Part shown: positions 13,027 to 25,650 of the stretch, in pieces
Layout of the letters: every line of letters starts with the position of its first letter
Position numbering within the stretch: position 1 is the stretch's first letter
Assembly (NCBI RefSeq): GCF_963921235.1
Contig: NC_086097.1
Span: 208,446,001 to 208,510,000, forward strand
Length of the DNA: 64,000 nucleotides
Source of the DNA: Mobula hypostoma
Lineage: Eukaryota
Reading direction: 5' to 3'
Translations under genes and position numbers: made by a program
Notes under the pieces: model-generated
Told to the model about the DNA's origin: nothing
Database searches by the model: none
The model's input: the letters and a program-made list of their open reading frames with translations, nothing else

Positions 13027-13300
13027 TACGTGGGGTGATTGATAAGTTTGTGGCTTAAGGTAGAAGGAAATGAGTTATTCAAACTTTCTGCATTATCACT
13101 CGAAGAGTTGAACTGCACGTGCATGTAACGAGGGCGTCTTAGACCTCCAGGTGGTCCACAGCAGGGGTGATTGATAAGTTTGTGGCCTTAGGTAGCAGGA
13201 GATGAGTTATACAGCTCTTGTTACATGCAAGTGTAGTTCAACTCTTTGAGTGAAAATGCAGAAAGTTTGAAGTTAATAACTCATCTCCTTCTACTTTAGG
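13027..13300. mobile_element. Mariner-like MITE with internal fold-back
   Basis: TA followed by CGTGGGGTGATTGATAAGTTTGTGGC, repeated at ~13164; inverted arms ~13056-13132 / ~13215-13300. Confidence 0.7.
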
Positions 13301-14682
13301 GCTCTGAAAAGCGGTGCCAACCAGCTGGCAGCGGTGTTCAAAGACGTTTTCAATCTCTCTTTGCTGCAAAAGGGCAACAGTTATACTAGTACCCAAGAAG
13401 AGCATGGTGAGCTGCCTGAATGACTATCATCCAGTAGCACTCACATCTGTGGTGATAAAGTTCTGTGAGAGGTCGTTTGTGGCTAGAATTAACTCCTGTC
13501 TCAGCAAGGACTTGGACCTACTGAAATTTGCCTATCACCACAGTAAGTCTACGGTGGACACAATCTCATTGGCTCTCCATGCGGCCTTGGATCACCGGGA
13601 CAATACAAATACCTATGTCAGGATGCTGTTTATTGACTATAGCTAAACATCTAACACCATTATTCCTACAGACTTGATTGAGAACTTCCAGAACCTGGAC
13701 CTGTACTTCCCTCTGCAACTGGATCCTTGACTTCCTAACCAGTGTGGATCGCTGATGACCAATACTGGTGCACCTCAGGCATGTGTACTTAGCCCACTGC
13801 TCCACTCTCTTACACCCATGACTGTGTGGCTAGGCACAGCTCAAATATCACGTGTAAATTTGCTGATGATACAATCATTGTTGGCAGAATTTCAGATGGT
13901 GACGAGAGGGCATACAGGAGTAAGAAATATCAGCTGGTGTTGTAGCAAAAACCTTGCACTGAAGATCAGTAAGACCAAAGAACGGATTGTGGACTTCAGA
14001 AACAGTAAGAATAGGGAACACACACCAGTCCTCATAGAGGGATCAAAAGTGGAAAGAGTGAGAAATTTAAAATTTCCTGAGTTAACCTGAACTCAATATA
14101 TTGAAGCAGCCACAAAGAAGGCACAATGACGGCTATATTTCATTAGGAGTTTGAGAAGATTTGATATGTCTCCAAAAACAGATGCACCATGGAGAGCATT
14201 CTAACTGGCTGCATCACCATCTGGTACGGGGCGGGGTTGCTACTACACAGGACTGAAGTAAGCTGCAGAGAACTATAAAGTTAGTGAGCTCCATCATGAG
14301 AACTAGCGGCCATAGTATCCAGGACATCTTCAAGGAGCGATGCCTCAAAAAGGCGGTGTCCATTATTAAGGACACCATCATCCAGGTCATCCTTTGTTCT
14401 CATTGCTACCAGCAGGAAGGAGGTACAGAAGTGTGAAAGCACACACTCAATGATTCAGGAACAGTGTTTTTCCTTCTGCCATCTGATTTCTGAATGGACT
14501 TTGATCCCATGAAGACTACCTCACTATTTTTTAATTTCTATTTTTGTACTACTTATTTAATTTAACTAATTTATATATATATTCTGCAATTTCCTCTATT
14601 ATTATGTATTGCATTTTACTGCTGCCGCAAAGTCAACAAATTTCACAAAATACGCCGGTGATATTAAACCTGATTCTGGTTC
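13301..14682 (+). mobile_element. Rex1-like LINE, 5'-truncated
   Basis: [22 protein letters not shown] and TGAPQACVLSPLL motifs; tail aaacctgattctg. Confidence 0.85.
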
Positions 14683-16234
14683 TTTCTTCGTCTCAGACAC
14701 CATTAACATGAGGCTGTCCATGAATGACTAAATGTCTGTTGGTCACTTTGAGAGTTAGGTTGATGGATTCAGTCTTAGTGTCTGTTAAATTGGCTTGATG
14801 GATTCATTTTTGGATTTGGGTTTATTACTTATATGTATTATTAATGTTCTTTTATAACTAATGGAATGTTAAGTTCAAAACATTGGTGGACTGATGGATG
14901 TGAACAACAAAATTTCGCTGAATACTGTATTAACGAACACGAGTTGCTTGAATGAAACAGACCAAGCTGAGTTAATGACATGAGAACAAAAGATGAAAAG
15001 TTTGTCTGTCTCTTTGTGTCTCTTGTGCAACTCATATTTATTGGGGTACCGTTCCCTGGGTTCTTTGGACTTTGTCTAGACTGGAAATTGTGATCGGTGT
15101 CCAGGATCCAGCAGTAGGTTCACAAGTGGGTTGGATTTGGAATTTCCCCAACACCAGCAGCAATCAAGTGGTGACTAAGAATTGTGAGCCCTGAAGTCTT
15201 TATGGAAATCTTTGTGACTTAGCATGTAGTATTTTATGTGGTTTATTTGTGCTTTCTATTTTTATGATAAATTAGCTTTGTTAGTTTGTTTTGCTTGTAC
15301 ACTAATTACTGTGCCTTCTGGACACTGGAATTGTTTGGGTCTGATCTGCCCATTGCAGTGCCTGCAACAAAATGAATCTCAAAGTAGTAAATGGTGACAT
15401 ATACAGACCGATAATAATTTTACTTTAACTTTGAACAGAATTATAGAGTTGCACAATAAAAATAGGCCTTTCAGCCCACTTTATCTATACTGACTGTTAT
15501 GCCCATCTATAATAATCCCACTTGCTTGTACTATTTCCATATCCCTCTATGCACTGCTCATTTAAGTACATGTCCAGATGTCAAATGTTGTTACTGTTCT
15601 CACCACTAGCAGTTCACTTCAGAATCCAACTACCTTACGAAGAATTTACTCCCCATATCATGCTTAAAACTTCCTTCCTCTCACCCTAAACCTATATTAG
15701 TCACCCCTATCATGGGTAAGACTGGCTATCAATTCTACTTATGTCCCTCATAATTTAATTGTTAGGGAGTACTCTGAAGTTATTTAATTATAGCAGACAT
15801 TAATTCAAGCAAGAACCAGTCTTCAGTTTTTATTGTAAATTACAAGCAGTAAACTGAAGTTAAAAGAACCACAGACTAATAGATATGGTTTTCAAAATGG
15901 TGACCAGGAGGTGTTTGCATATGCTGTGAGCCAAATTTTAAGACAATGGGGTTTTGTTAATTGCTCTGCATTAAGCCAGGGAACATGGGTAAGATTTTTG
16001 TACCATGGTGACTTGATTTTAAGCCAGCAGACCAGAATGATGTTGTCACTTAGCATATAAAATATGATTACAGGTATAAGCAATAGTTTTTTTCTGTACT
16101 CAGGATATACGTGTACTCAGAGACAGCCCTCACAATATTAATTTTGGGTGTCTGGCTCTCTGTCTTCAGAAGCTTTTAGACTATTTGTGTGAAAAGGTAT
16201 CAATATACATATGCAATTCAAAGGAAGCATTGTA

Positions 16235-16660
16235 AGCTGGTGAAGAATCAGCATGTAGGAAATCTGGCTGAAAGTTGCCACAACAACTTCTCAATGTCAG
16301 CAAGACCAAGGAGCTGATTAGTGACATCAGGAGGAGGAAAACAAAGGTCCATGAGCCAGTCCTCATTGGGGGAATCAGAGGTGGAGAGAGTCAGCAATTT
16401 TAAGTTCCTCAGTGTTATCTTTTCAGAGGATCTTCCTGGGTCCAGCACGTAAAGTGCCATTTATAAGTTTCCCAAGATTCAACATGACATCTAAAACAAT
16501 GACAAACATATATAGATGTGCAATGGAGAGTTTATTGACTAGCTGCATCTTGGCCTCGTATGGAAACACTAGTGCCCTTGAATAGAAAATCCTACAAAAA
16601 GTAGTGGATACGGCCCAGTCCATCACAGAAAAGTCTTCCCTGCCACTTAGCACATCTATA
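16235..16660 (+). mobile_element. Rex1-like LINE fragment
   Basis: Degenerate NVSKTKEL / VERVSNFKFL / LQKVVDTAQSIT coding similarity. Confidence 0.7.
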
Positions 16661-17336
16661 CCTGTTTACAATACATTCTCTCTGTAAGGTCAAACAGTCT
16701 GGCAGATTTTCAACATACCAAACTAAAATTTAAAGAACATTCAAGACAAGTCAGGGAAATGATAACAGAGAAGCACATATCTGGGGAAGGGTACAAGACC
16801 AGCTCAAAGGCACTGAACATACCTTGGAACCCTGTGCAGTCCATTGTGAAAATGTGGAAAAATATGAAACCACAGCCACACTGCCTAGGTCAGGCAACCT
16901 CTCCAAAGTGAGTCACCGGAGAAGAAAAGAACTTGTAAGAGAAGGTTATTGTGATGCCAACAGTCACTCTGAGTGAGCTGCAGAAGTCAGTACAGCTACT
17001 GCAGATGAAGTTCATGGCTCCACAATCTCTGAGGCCTTGTACGAAAGAAGGATGAGTGGCAAGGAAGAAGCACTGGCTTAAAAATAAAATCATTTTCTTT
17101 CCTGTGAACTCTTCACAAAGTGTCACTTAGAAGATACTGTAAAACTGTGAAAGAAAGTCTTATGGTCACAAAGTAGAACTTTTTGGCCTCAAGGGACTAG
17201 GTGGTACATGTTGCGTAAATCTAATATTGCGTCTCAGCCAGGTGATACCATTGCTAGTGTATACTGGAGCTAATATCATGCTATGGAGATGCTTTTCAGT
17301 AGAAGACTGGGAAACCTGGTCAGGAGTAATGGGAAG

Positions 17337-20300
17337 AATCAGAATCAGGTTTATTATCACTGGCATGTGGCATGAAGTTTGTTAACTTAGCAACAGAATT
17401 TCAATGCAATACATAATCTAGCAGAGAAAAAAATAATAAATAAAATAAAAATAATAATAATAAATAAGCGAGTAAATCAATTGCATATATTGAATAGATT
17501 TTTTTAAAGTGCAAAAACAGAAATACTGTATATTAAATAAAAGTGAGGTAGTATTCAAAGGTTCAATGTCCATTTAGGAATTGGATGGCAGAGGGGAAGA
17601 AGCTGTTCCTGAATCACTGAGTGTGTGCCTTCAGGCTTCTGCATCTCTTACCTGATGGTAACAGTGAGAAAAGGGCATGCCCTGGGTGCTAGAGGTCCTT
17701 AATAATAGACGCTGCCTTCCTGAGACACTGCTCCCTGAAGACGTCCTGTAGGCTAGTGCCCAAGATGGATCTGACTAGATTTACAACCTTCTGCAGCTTC
17801 TTTTGGTCCTGTGCAGTAGCCCCTCCATACCAGGCAGTGATGCAGCCTGTCAGAATGCTCTCCACAGTCCAACTATAGAAGGTTTTGAGTGTATTTGTTG
17901 ACATGCCAAATCTCTTCAAACTCCTAATGACGTATAGCTGCTGTCTTGCCTTCTTTATGACTACATCAATGTGTTGGGAGCAGGTTAGATCCTCAGAGAA
18001 CTTGACACCCAGAAACTTGAAGCTGCTCACTCTCTCCACTTCTGATCCCCATATGAGGATTGGTATGTGCTCCTTCGTCTTACCCTTCCCGAAGTCCACA
18101 ATCAGATCTTTCGTCTTACTGACGTTGAGTGCCAGGTTGTTGCTGCAGCACCACTCCACTAGTTGGCATATCTCACTCCTGTACACCCTCTTGTCACCAC
18201 CTGAGATTCTACCAACAAAGGTTGTATTGTCGGTAAATTTATAGATGGTATTTGAGCTATGCCTAGTGTATATAGAGAGTAGGGCAGTGGGCTAAGCACA
18301 CATCCCTGAGGTGTGCCAGTGTTGATCGTCAGCGAGGAGGATATGTTATCACCAATTCACACAGATTATGGTTTTCCGGTTAGGAAGTCAAGGATCCAAT
18401 TGCAGAGGGAGGTACAGAGGCCCAGATTCTGCAATTTCTCAATCAGGATTGTGGGAATGATGGTATTAAGTGCTGAGCTATAGTCGATAAACAGCATCCT
18501 GACATAGGTGTTTGTGTTTTCTAGGTGGTCTAAAGCTGTGTGGAGAGCCATTGAGATTGTGTCTGCCATTGACCTATTGTCGTGATAGGCAAATAGCAAT
18601 GGGTCCAGGTCATTGCTGAGGCAAGAATTCAGTCTAGTCATGACCAAACTCACAAAGCATTTCATCACTATCAATGTAAGTGCTACCGGGCGATAGTCAT
18701 TAAGGCAACCCGCATTATTCTTCATAGGCACTGGTATAATTGTTGCCTTTTTGAAGCAAGTCGGAACTTCCACCCGTAGCAGTGAGAGGTTGAAAATGTC
18801 CTTGAGTACTCCCACTAGTTGGATGGCACAGGTTTTCAGAGCCTTACCAGGCATTCCATTGGGACCTTCTGCCTTGCAAAGGTTCACTCTCTTAAAAGAC
18901 AGCCTAACATCGGCCTCTGAGATGGAGATCACAGGGTCATCAGGTGCAGCAAGGATCTTCACAGCTGTAGTTGTGTTCTCCCTTTCAAAGCGTGCATTAA
19001 AGGCATTGAGTTCATCTGGTAGTGAAGCATCGCTGTCATTCATGCTATTGGATTTTGCTTTGTAGGAAGTAATATCTTACAGACCCTGCCAGAGTTGCCG
19101 TGCATCCGATGTCGCCTCTAATCTCATTCTAAATTGTCTCCTCACCCTTGAAATAGCTCTCTGCAAATCATACCTGGTTTTTTGGTACAGGCCTGGATTG
19201 CTAGACTTGAATGCCACAGATCTAGCCTTCAGCAGACAACGTTCCTCCTGGTTCATCCACGGCTTTTGGTTTGGGAATGTACAGTAGGTCTTTGTAGGCA
19301 CACACTCATCCACACAGGTTTTAATGAAGTCAAGTCAAGTAGCTTTTATTGTCATTTCAACCATAACTGCTGGTACAGTACACAGTAAAAACGAAACAAC
19401 GATCCTCCAGGACCATTGTGCTACATGAAACAACACAAAACGACACTCGACTTCAGGCCTACACGGGACTACATAAAGTGCAGGACAGTGCAAGACAGTA
19501 CAATACAGTAATTAACAAACAAGTCAACAGGCACAGTAAAGGACAAATTACAATGTAATAATAAATGATATAAATGTAAACAATGTTTTAGCAGGAATTG
19601 AGACAGAAATGAGCAAAAATTGCAAAGGGAGTGGAGTAGTATTCAGTTGAGTGTGTGTGTGTGTAGGTTGGTGAATTGAGGAGTCTAATGGTTTGGGAGA
19701 AGAAACTGTTGCACAGTCTGGTCGTGAGAGCCGGAATGCTTCGGTATCTTTTGCCAGACGGCAGGAGGGAAAAGAGTTTGTATGAGGGGTGTGTGGGGTC
19801 CTTCACAATGTTGTTAGCTTTGTGGATGCAGCATATGGTGTAAACATCTGTAATGGTGGGAAGAGAGACCCTGATGATCCCTTCAGCTGACCTCACTATC
19901 CGCTGCAGGGTCTTGCGATCCAAGATGGTGCAATTTCCGAACCAGGCAGTGATGTAGCTGCTCAGGATGCTCTCGATACATCCTCTGTAGAATATGGTGA
20001 GGATGGGGGGTGGGAGATGGACTTTTCTCAGCCTTTGCAGGAAGTAGAGATGCTGCTATGCTTTCTTTGCTATGGAGCTGGTGCTGAGGGACCAGGTGAG
20101 ATTCTCCACCGGGTGAACACTAAGAAATTTGGTGCTCTTAGCGGTCTCTACAGAGGAGCCGTCGATGTTCAGCAGGGAGTGGTTGCTCCGTGTCCTCCTG
20201 AAGTTAATAACCGTCTCTTTTGTTTTGTTCACATTCAGATACAGGGTATTGGCTCTGCACCGGTCCGTTAGCCGCTGCACCTCCTCTCTGTATGCTGACT

Positions 20301-21538
20301 CATCGTTCTTGCTGATGAGACCCACCACGGTCGTGTCATCGGCAAACTTGATGATGTGGTTCGAGCTGTGTGTTGCTGCACAGTCGTGGGTCAGCAGAGT
20401 GAACAGCAGTGGACTGAGCACACAGCCCTGGGGGGCCCCCATGCTCAGTGTGATGGCGTTGGAGATGCTGCTCCCGATCCGGACTGACTGAGGTCTCCCA
20501 GTCAGGAAGTCTAGGATCCAGTTGCAGAGCGAGGTGTTCAGGCTCAGCAGGCTTAGCTTTCCAATCAAGTGCTGAGAAATGATTGTGTTGAATGCTGAAA
20601 TGAAATCTATGAACAGCATTCGAACATACATGTCTTTTTTGTCCAGGTGGAGGGTAGTGGCAATGGGGTCGTCTGTTGAGCGGTTGAGACGATACTCTAA
20701 CTGCAGGGGGTCCAGTGAGGGGGGCAGCAGGGTCTTGATGTGCCTCATGACGAGCCTCTCAAAACACTTCATGATGATGGATGTGAGTGCAACGGGACAA
20801 TATTCATTGAGGCATGACACTGAAGACTTCTTCGGCACGGGGACGATGGTGGTGGCCTTGAAGTCAGTAACAACTGCAGCATACTCATCCAGGTTCAAAG
20901 ATGAATCCCTGAATACAGTCCAGTCCACCAATTCAAAGCAGTTCTGTAGGTGTTCCTGTGCTTCCCTTGTCCATACCTTCTTGGTCCTCACTACTGGTAC
21001 TGCAGTCTTCAGCCTTTGCCTGTACTCAGGGAGTAGAAGTACAGCCAGGTGATCAGAATTCCCGAAGTGAGAGCGTGGAATAGCATGGTAGGCATTCTTG
21101 ATGGTGGTGTAGCAATGGTCCAGTATGTTGTTTCCTCTGGTATTGTAAGTGATCTGTTGATGGTAGTTGCTTAGTGATTTTTTTCAGACTGGCTTGGTTA
21201 AAATCTCCCAAAACGATGGTGAAGGCATTAGGGTGTGCCATTTCAGGCACGTTGATCCCATTGCTCAGATCATCTAAAGCTTGATTGACAATGGCCTGAG
21301 GTGCTACCAAAATGACCCCGGTGAACTCCCGTGGCAGGTAAAAAGGATGGCACTTTACTGCTAGATATTCCAGGTCTAGTGAGCAGAATTGGGACAGCAC
21401 TGATATATTTGTACACCAAGAAGAGTTGATGATGAGGCATACTCCTCCACCTCTGCTTCTGAGATCTAGATCTATACTGACGGTGTACAGTAAACCTGTC
21501 AATCTGAATCGCTGCATCTGGTATGGAAGGGGTTAACG
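17337..21538 (-). mobile_element. Rex1-like LINE (APE + RT), degenerate
   Basis: GGGVC, LGDFNQA, NQKPWM, CLNDYRPVALT and LNVSKTK motifs; (tctgat)n tail at the left end. Confidence 0.88.
19332..20858 (-). mobile_element. Second Rex1-like LINE family nested in the first
   Basis: TSD tgaagtc at 19325-19331 and 20859-20865; (acttg)n tail; [13 protein letters not shown] and KFADDTT. Confidence 0.88.
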
Positions 21539-22174
21539 GAAGGGGATGGATGCTGCTAACTACAGAGAGATCCTGGATAATAACCTGCTAGCCTCTCCCA
21601 GAAAGTTTAAACTGGGGCGGAAGTTGTCTTTTAGCAGGATATCAACCCAGAGCACACTGCCAGAGCAACTATAGAGTGGCTTCAAGTGCAGAAAATTTAT
21701 ATTCTTGAGTGGTCCAGTCAGAGGCCTGACCCTAACCCAATCAAACATCTCTGGCAAGACCTCAAGAATTCTGTCCACCACTGCTGTCCAAATAACCTGG
21801 CAATTTGAGCAATTTTGCAAGGAGGAATGGGCAAATCTTGCTTCATCATGTTGTGCAAAGCTAATAGAGACTTGTCCAAAAAGACTACTGGCTGTAATAG
21901 CTACTAATGGTACAAGAGTATTGAGCAAAGGGTGGGGTGAGTTTGGGGGAAGTGGGGATGAATACTTTTGAACTGCTGACATTTCAGTTTTTGAATTTAT
22001 AGTTTCTCATGCTTTAGAATTTTTTTTGGGCTCTGATATGGGGAGAAAAAATGAGCATGAGAGTCACAAATAAAAAATCTCAGTTAATTGATCAAAATCC
22101 CTGTTTACTGTGTTGGGGTTGACTACTTCTGCAGGGCACTGCATGTAAGGCTCTAATGGAATACATTTAGTGTA

Positions 22175-22200
22175 ATATATATATATATATATATATATAT
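22175..22200. repeat. (AT)n microsatellite
   Basis: About 13 AT units. Confidence 0.95.
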
Positions 22201-22232
22201 GGCTTCCTTATGCAAAGAAGAAGTATTTGCCT

Positions 22233-22550
22233 AAACACACAAAATGCTGGTCAGGCAGCATCTATGAAAGGAAATGAACAGAAAATGTTTTGGGCCAAGA
22301 CTGTAAAGAAAGGGGGCAGAAGCCAGAATAAAAGGGAGGGGGAAAGGGGAGGAGCACGAGCTGGCAGGTGATGGGTGATGGGGGGGGACTGAAAGGACGT
22401 GAGAAGCTGGGAGATGATAGGTGGAAGAGGCAATCTAATCTGATTGGAGAGGACAGGCAACCATAGAATAAAAGGAAGGAGGTGGGAGCCAGCATTTGGA
22501 AGGTATGGGTGATGGGCAGGTCCTGGTACTGGGAGAAAGGAAAGAGAATC
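22233..22550 (-). mobile_element. Old Penelope-like pLTR fragment
   Basis: acacaaaatgctgg...caggcagcatctatg tail and a purine-rich body like 22764-23140. Confidence 0.7.
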
Positions 22551-22763
22551 ATTAATTAGAATGATTTTAGTTCATTCATCACTGAGGTTCCAGGATGATG
22601 TGACCCCATCATCGGAATTTCAACACCTCTACATCTTTTTACTAGATACCAGTGCCATTAAGGACTGGAAGGAGCAATTTCTTCTTTCAAGATTTGTGAA
22701 GCTAAAGAATTTCCTATATTAAAGCACTATGGAAATGCAGTCCTTGAATAAGACTAATATTGA

Positions 22764-23866
22764 ACACAAAATACTCTGCAGATGCTGGGGTCAAAGCAGC
22801 ACGCACAAGACGCTGGAGGAACTCAGCAGGTCGGGCAGTATCCGTGGAAATGAACAGTCATTGTTTTGGGCTGAGACCCTTTGTCAGGACTGAAGAGGGA
22901 GGGGGCAGGGGCCCTATAAAGAAGGTGGGGGAGGGTGGGAAGGAGAAGGCTGGTAGGAGCCAAGTGAAAAACTAGTAAGGGGAAAGATCAACGGATGAGG
23001 GAGGGGATAGGCAGGAAAGGTGAAGAAAGAATAGGGGAAAGCATAATTGGTAGTAGAAGGAGGCGGAACCATGAGGGAGGTGATAGGCAGCTGGAGGAGG
23101 GGGCAGAGTGAAACTGGGTTGGGGGAAGGCAGGGGAGGGAATTACCGGAAGTTGGAGAATTTAATGTTCCTGCCAAGGGGCTGGAGACTACCCAGATGGT
23201 ATATGAGGTGTTGCTCCTCCAACCTGAGTTTGGCCTCATCATGGCAGTAGAGGAGGCCATGTATGGACATATCCGAATGGGAATGTGAAGCAGAGTTGAA
23301 GTGGGTGGCAACTGGGAGATCCTGTCTGTTGTGGCAGACAGAGCGGAGGTGCTCGACGAAGCAGTCCCCCAATGTGCGTCGGGTCTCACTAATGTACAGA
23401 AGGCTGCACCGGGTGCAATAGATGACCCCAACAGACTCACAAGTGAAGTGTTGCCTCACCTGGAAGGACTGTTTGAGGCCCTGAATGGTGGTGAGAGAGG
23501 AGGTGTAGGGACAGGTGTAGCACTTACGCTTGCAGGGATAAGTGCCGGGTGGGAGATCAGTGGGGAGGGACGTGTGGACCAGGGAGTCGCGGAGGGAATG
23601 ATCCCCGTGGAAAGAGGAGAGGGGTGGAGAGGGAAAGATGTGCTTAGTGGTGGGGTCCTGTTGAAGGTAGCAGAAGTTGCGAAGGATATTGTGCTGGATC
23701 AGGAGGCTGGTGAGGTGATAGGTGAGGACAAGGGAAACTCTGTCCCTGTGGTGGTGACGGGAGGATGGGTGAGGGCCGAAGTGCAGGAAATGGAGGAGAT
23801 GCAGGTGAGGGCATCATTGATAATGGCAGAAGGGAAACCATGATCCTTGAAGAAAGAGGACATTTG
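22764..23866 (-). mobile_element. Penelope-like element of a second subfamily, 5'-truncated
   Basis: QHFTCES..VIYC...RLEEQHLI; near-TSD aatattga 22756-22763 / agtattga 23867-23874; decayed hammerhead near 22856-22892. Confidence 0.9.
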
Positions 23867-25398
23867 AGTATTGATATGCTTTTAGGTGTAAAAAGAATCC
23901 AGGTAACATGGGTAGGGGGATATATCTGAGAAGGAGGGAGATAGAATGAAAGGAAACTTGTAGAGAGTATAAATGTCAGTATAGTGATCCTGTGCTGTGC
24001 ACTCTATTCAACTTATAGCTTTAGTATATAAAGAAAACATGAACCTAGGACAGAATACTTCTTAAGAGTCAACATCAAATTATATCAATCATCAAACCAT
24101 GGAATGCTGCCTAACCTGAGTGCTTCCATATTTTCTGTCTTTGTCATTTTCCACATGTCTGATTAATTACTCAGTTGTCAGTGAATTACAGTTCATATTA
24201 GGTGTTTAATTGCTTTATTTGAATATTTAAAGTAAAAAAAAGACTAAATATGTATAAACAGGAATAGACTGCAGCATATATTATCTTTGGTAATGTATAT
24301 GATTGCAGTATGACTATTCAAGCTTATTGTATGCTGCATACTGCTGCATACCATTAAGCAATGGTTTGTATTATTTAAATTGATGATGCCCACATTAAGT
24401 AGCAAATCTGAGGTCATCAAATATTGGTGATCTGATCTGAGCCATCTGTCAATGAGATTTTAGCGCCAAAAATAACATGAAATTCAAAGAAAAGGCAAAG
24501 GTTATTAAGGAATACAAGCATAATTAGAATGATATTAGAGCTTCATTGCTAGGTTCCTAAGATGATGTGACCCCATCATCAAAAATTCAACACCTCTCGA
24601 TTGCTGCAACTGTTTTTACCCTTTGAAGCCAGCTCAAATAAACTCATTTGAAAGGGTAAGACTTGTATTACATTAAACAATAGCATAAAATAAAAAAACA
24701 CAGAATGCTAGAAGCACTCAGAGGCATCTGAAAAAAACAAAATTAACTTTTCAAATTGAAAACTATTTATCATTTCAGATTACCAACATCTGCATTTTTT
24801 TAGTAACCATGTCAAATATGTCTAGCCTGTTGAGTCTGATTTATTACCTTGTGAAATTATGGCTGAATTTCTGTTAACAGCACTACTTTCCCATCACAAT
24901 CAGGATTGTTATTCACTGACATGATAATATCCATTGGCAGGTTTACTACCCTATCCATGTTACCTGGATTCTTTTTACACCTAAAAATCTATCAACATCA
25001 GTCTTAAATATATTCAAGGACTGAGTTTCCATGGTACTTTGATGGAGATAACTTGTAACTTCACAAATCTTGAGTGAAGAAATTTCTCCTTCCAGTCCTT
25101 AATGGCACCAGTAGCTAGTACCCTGTAAAAATGTTGCAGTCACCTAAAGGTGTTGAACTTTTGATGATGGAGTTCATCATCATGAACTAGAACCCAAGTA
25201 GTGATGCAGTAAAATCATTCTAATTATGCTTGTATTCCTTATTAACCTTTTTTTTGTTTGAATCTTATGATGTTAACTAACTTTTACCCTATGACTCTAA
25301 TGTTTTTTTTTGTCCATCCATGGAAGACTTATTGGCCCATTTCAGAGGGTATTTAAGATTCAACTATTGATAGATATGGAGTAAATTATAGGCTAGAC

Positions 25399-25481
25399 CA
25401 GGGGTTCCCAAGCATTTTTTTTATGCTGTGGACCCCTACCATTAATCAAAGGGGTCATTGGACCAGAGATTGGGAACCCCT
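25399..25481. mobile_element. hAT/Charlie-type MITE (~80 bp)
   Basis: TIRs caggggttcccaa / ttgggaacccct; preceded by a ggctagac target; same family as 41894-41972. Confidence 0.75.
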
Positions 25482-25650
25482 AGAAAGTTGACAGGTTTCC
25501 TCTTTGAAGAACATGATGGATTTTTCAACATAATTCAGTAAATTATTTTGTGATTATCAGAACTAGGGAGCATTTTTCAAAATTAACTGATGTTAAATTC
25601 CACAGCTGTATGGTGATCCAGGTGTCTAGCTTGATAACTACAGTACCACC

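Larger units (their letters stand above)
12873..15357. mobile_element. Probable solo LTR (TG...CA) interrupting the Rex1-like 3' UTR
   Basis: Starts tgtgttag and ends cattgca; near-TSD atgcc 12868-12872 / gtgcc 15358-15362. The uninterrupted host form is visible at 44041-44070. Confidence 0.55.
11385..15435 (+). mobile_element. Rex1-like LINE 3' part, fragmented by nested CR1s and an LTR
   Basis: [12 protein letters not shown] start, KTKELI and KAQQRL.FLR motifs. The 3' UTR resumes at 15358 (gcctgcaacaaaatgaatctc...aataattttacttt). Confidence 0.75.
16690..22141 (+). mobile_element. Tc1-like DNA transposon, degenerate, split by nested LINEs (17337-21538)
   Basis: N-terminal KEHSRQVRE...SGEGYK..SKAL.IPW and LPRSG; resumes near 21540 with MDAANYREIL and LEWSSQRPDLNPI. 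Right IR-DR motifs near 21955 and at 22115-22141. Confidence 0.85.

Noticed and set aside
22561..25200. Box C/D snoRNA or CRISPR-like reading of the GATGATG module
   Set aside because: No correctly placed C and D box pair with a terminal stem. The copies are irregularly spaced, occur in both orientations, and lie in eukaryotic DNA.
1..25600. Exons or promoter of a neighbouring host gene such as TCEA1
   Set aside because: No CpG island or recognisable host exon was seen; very short exons cannot be excluded by eye.
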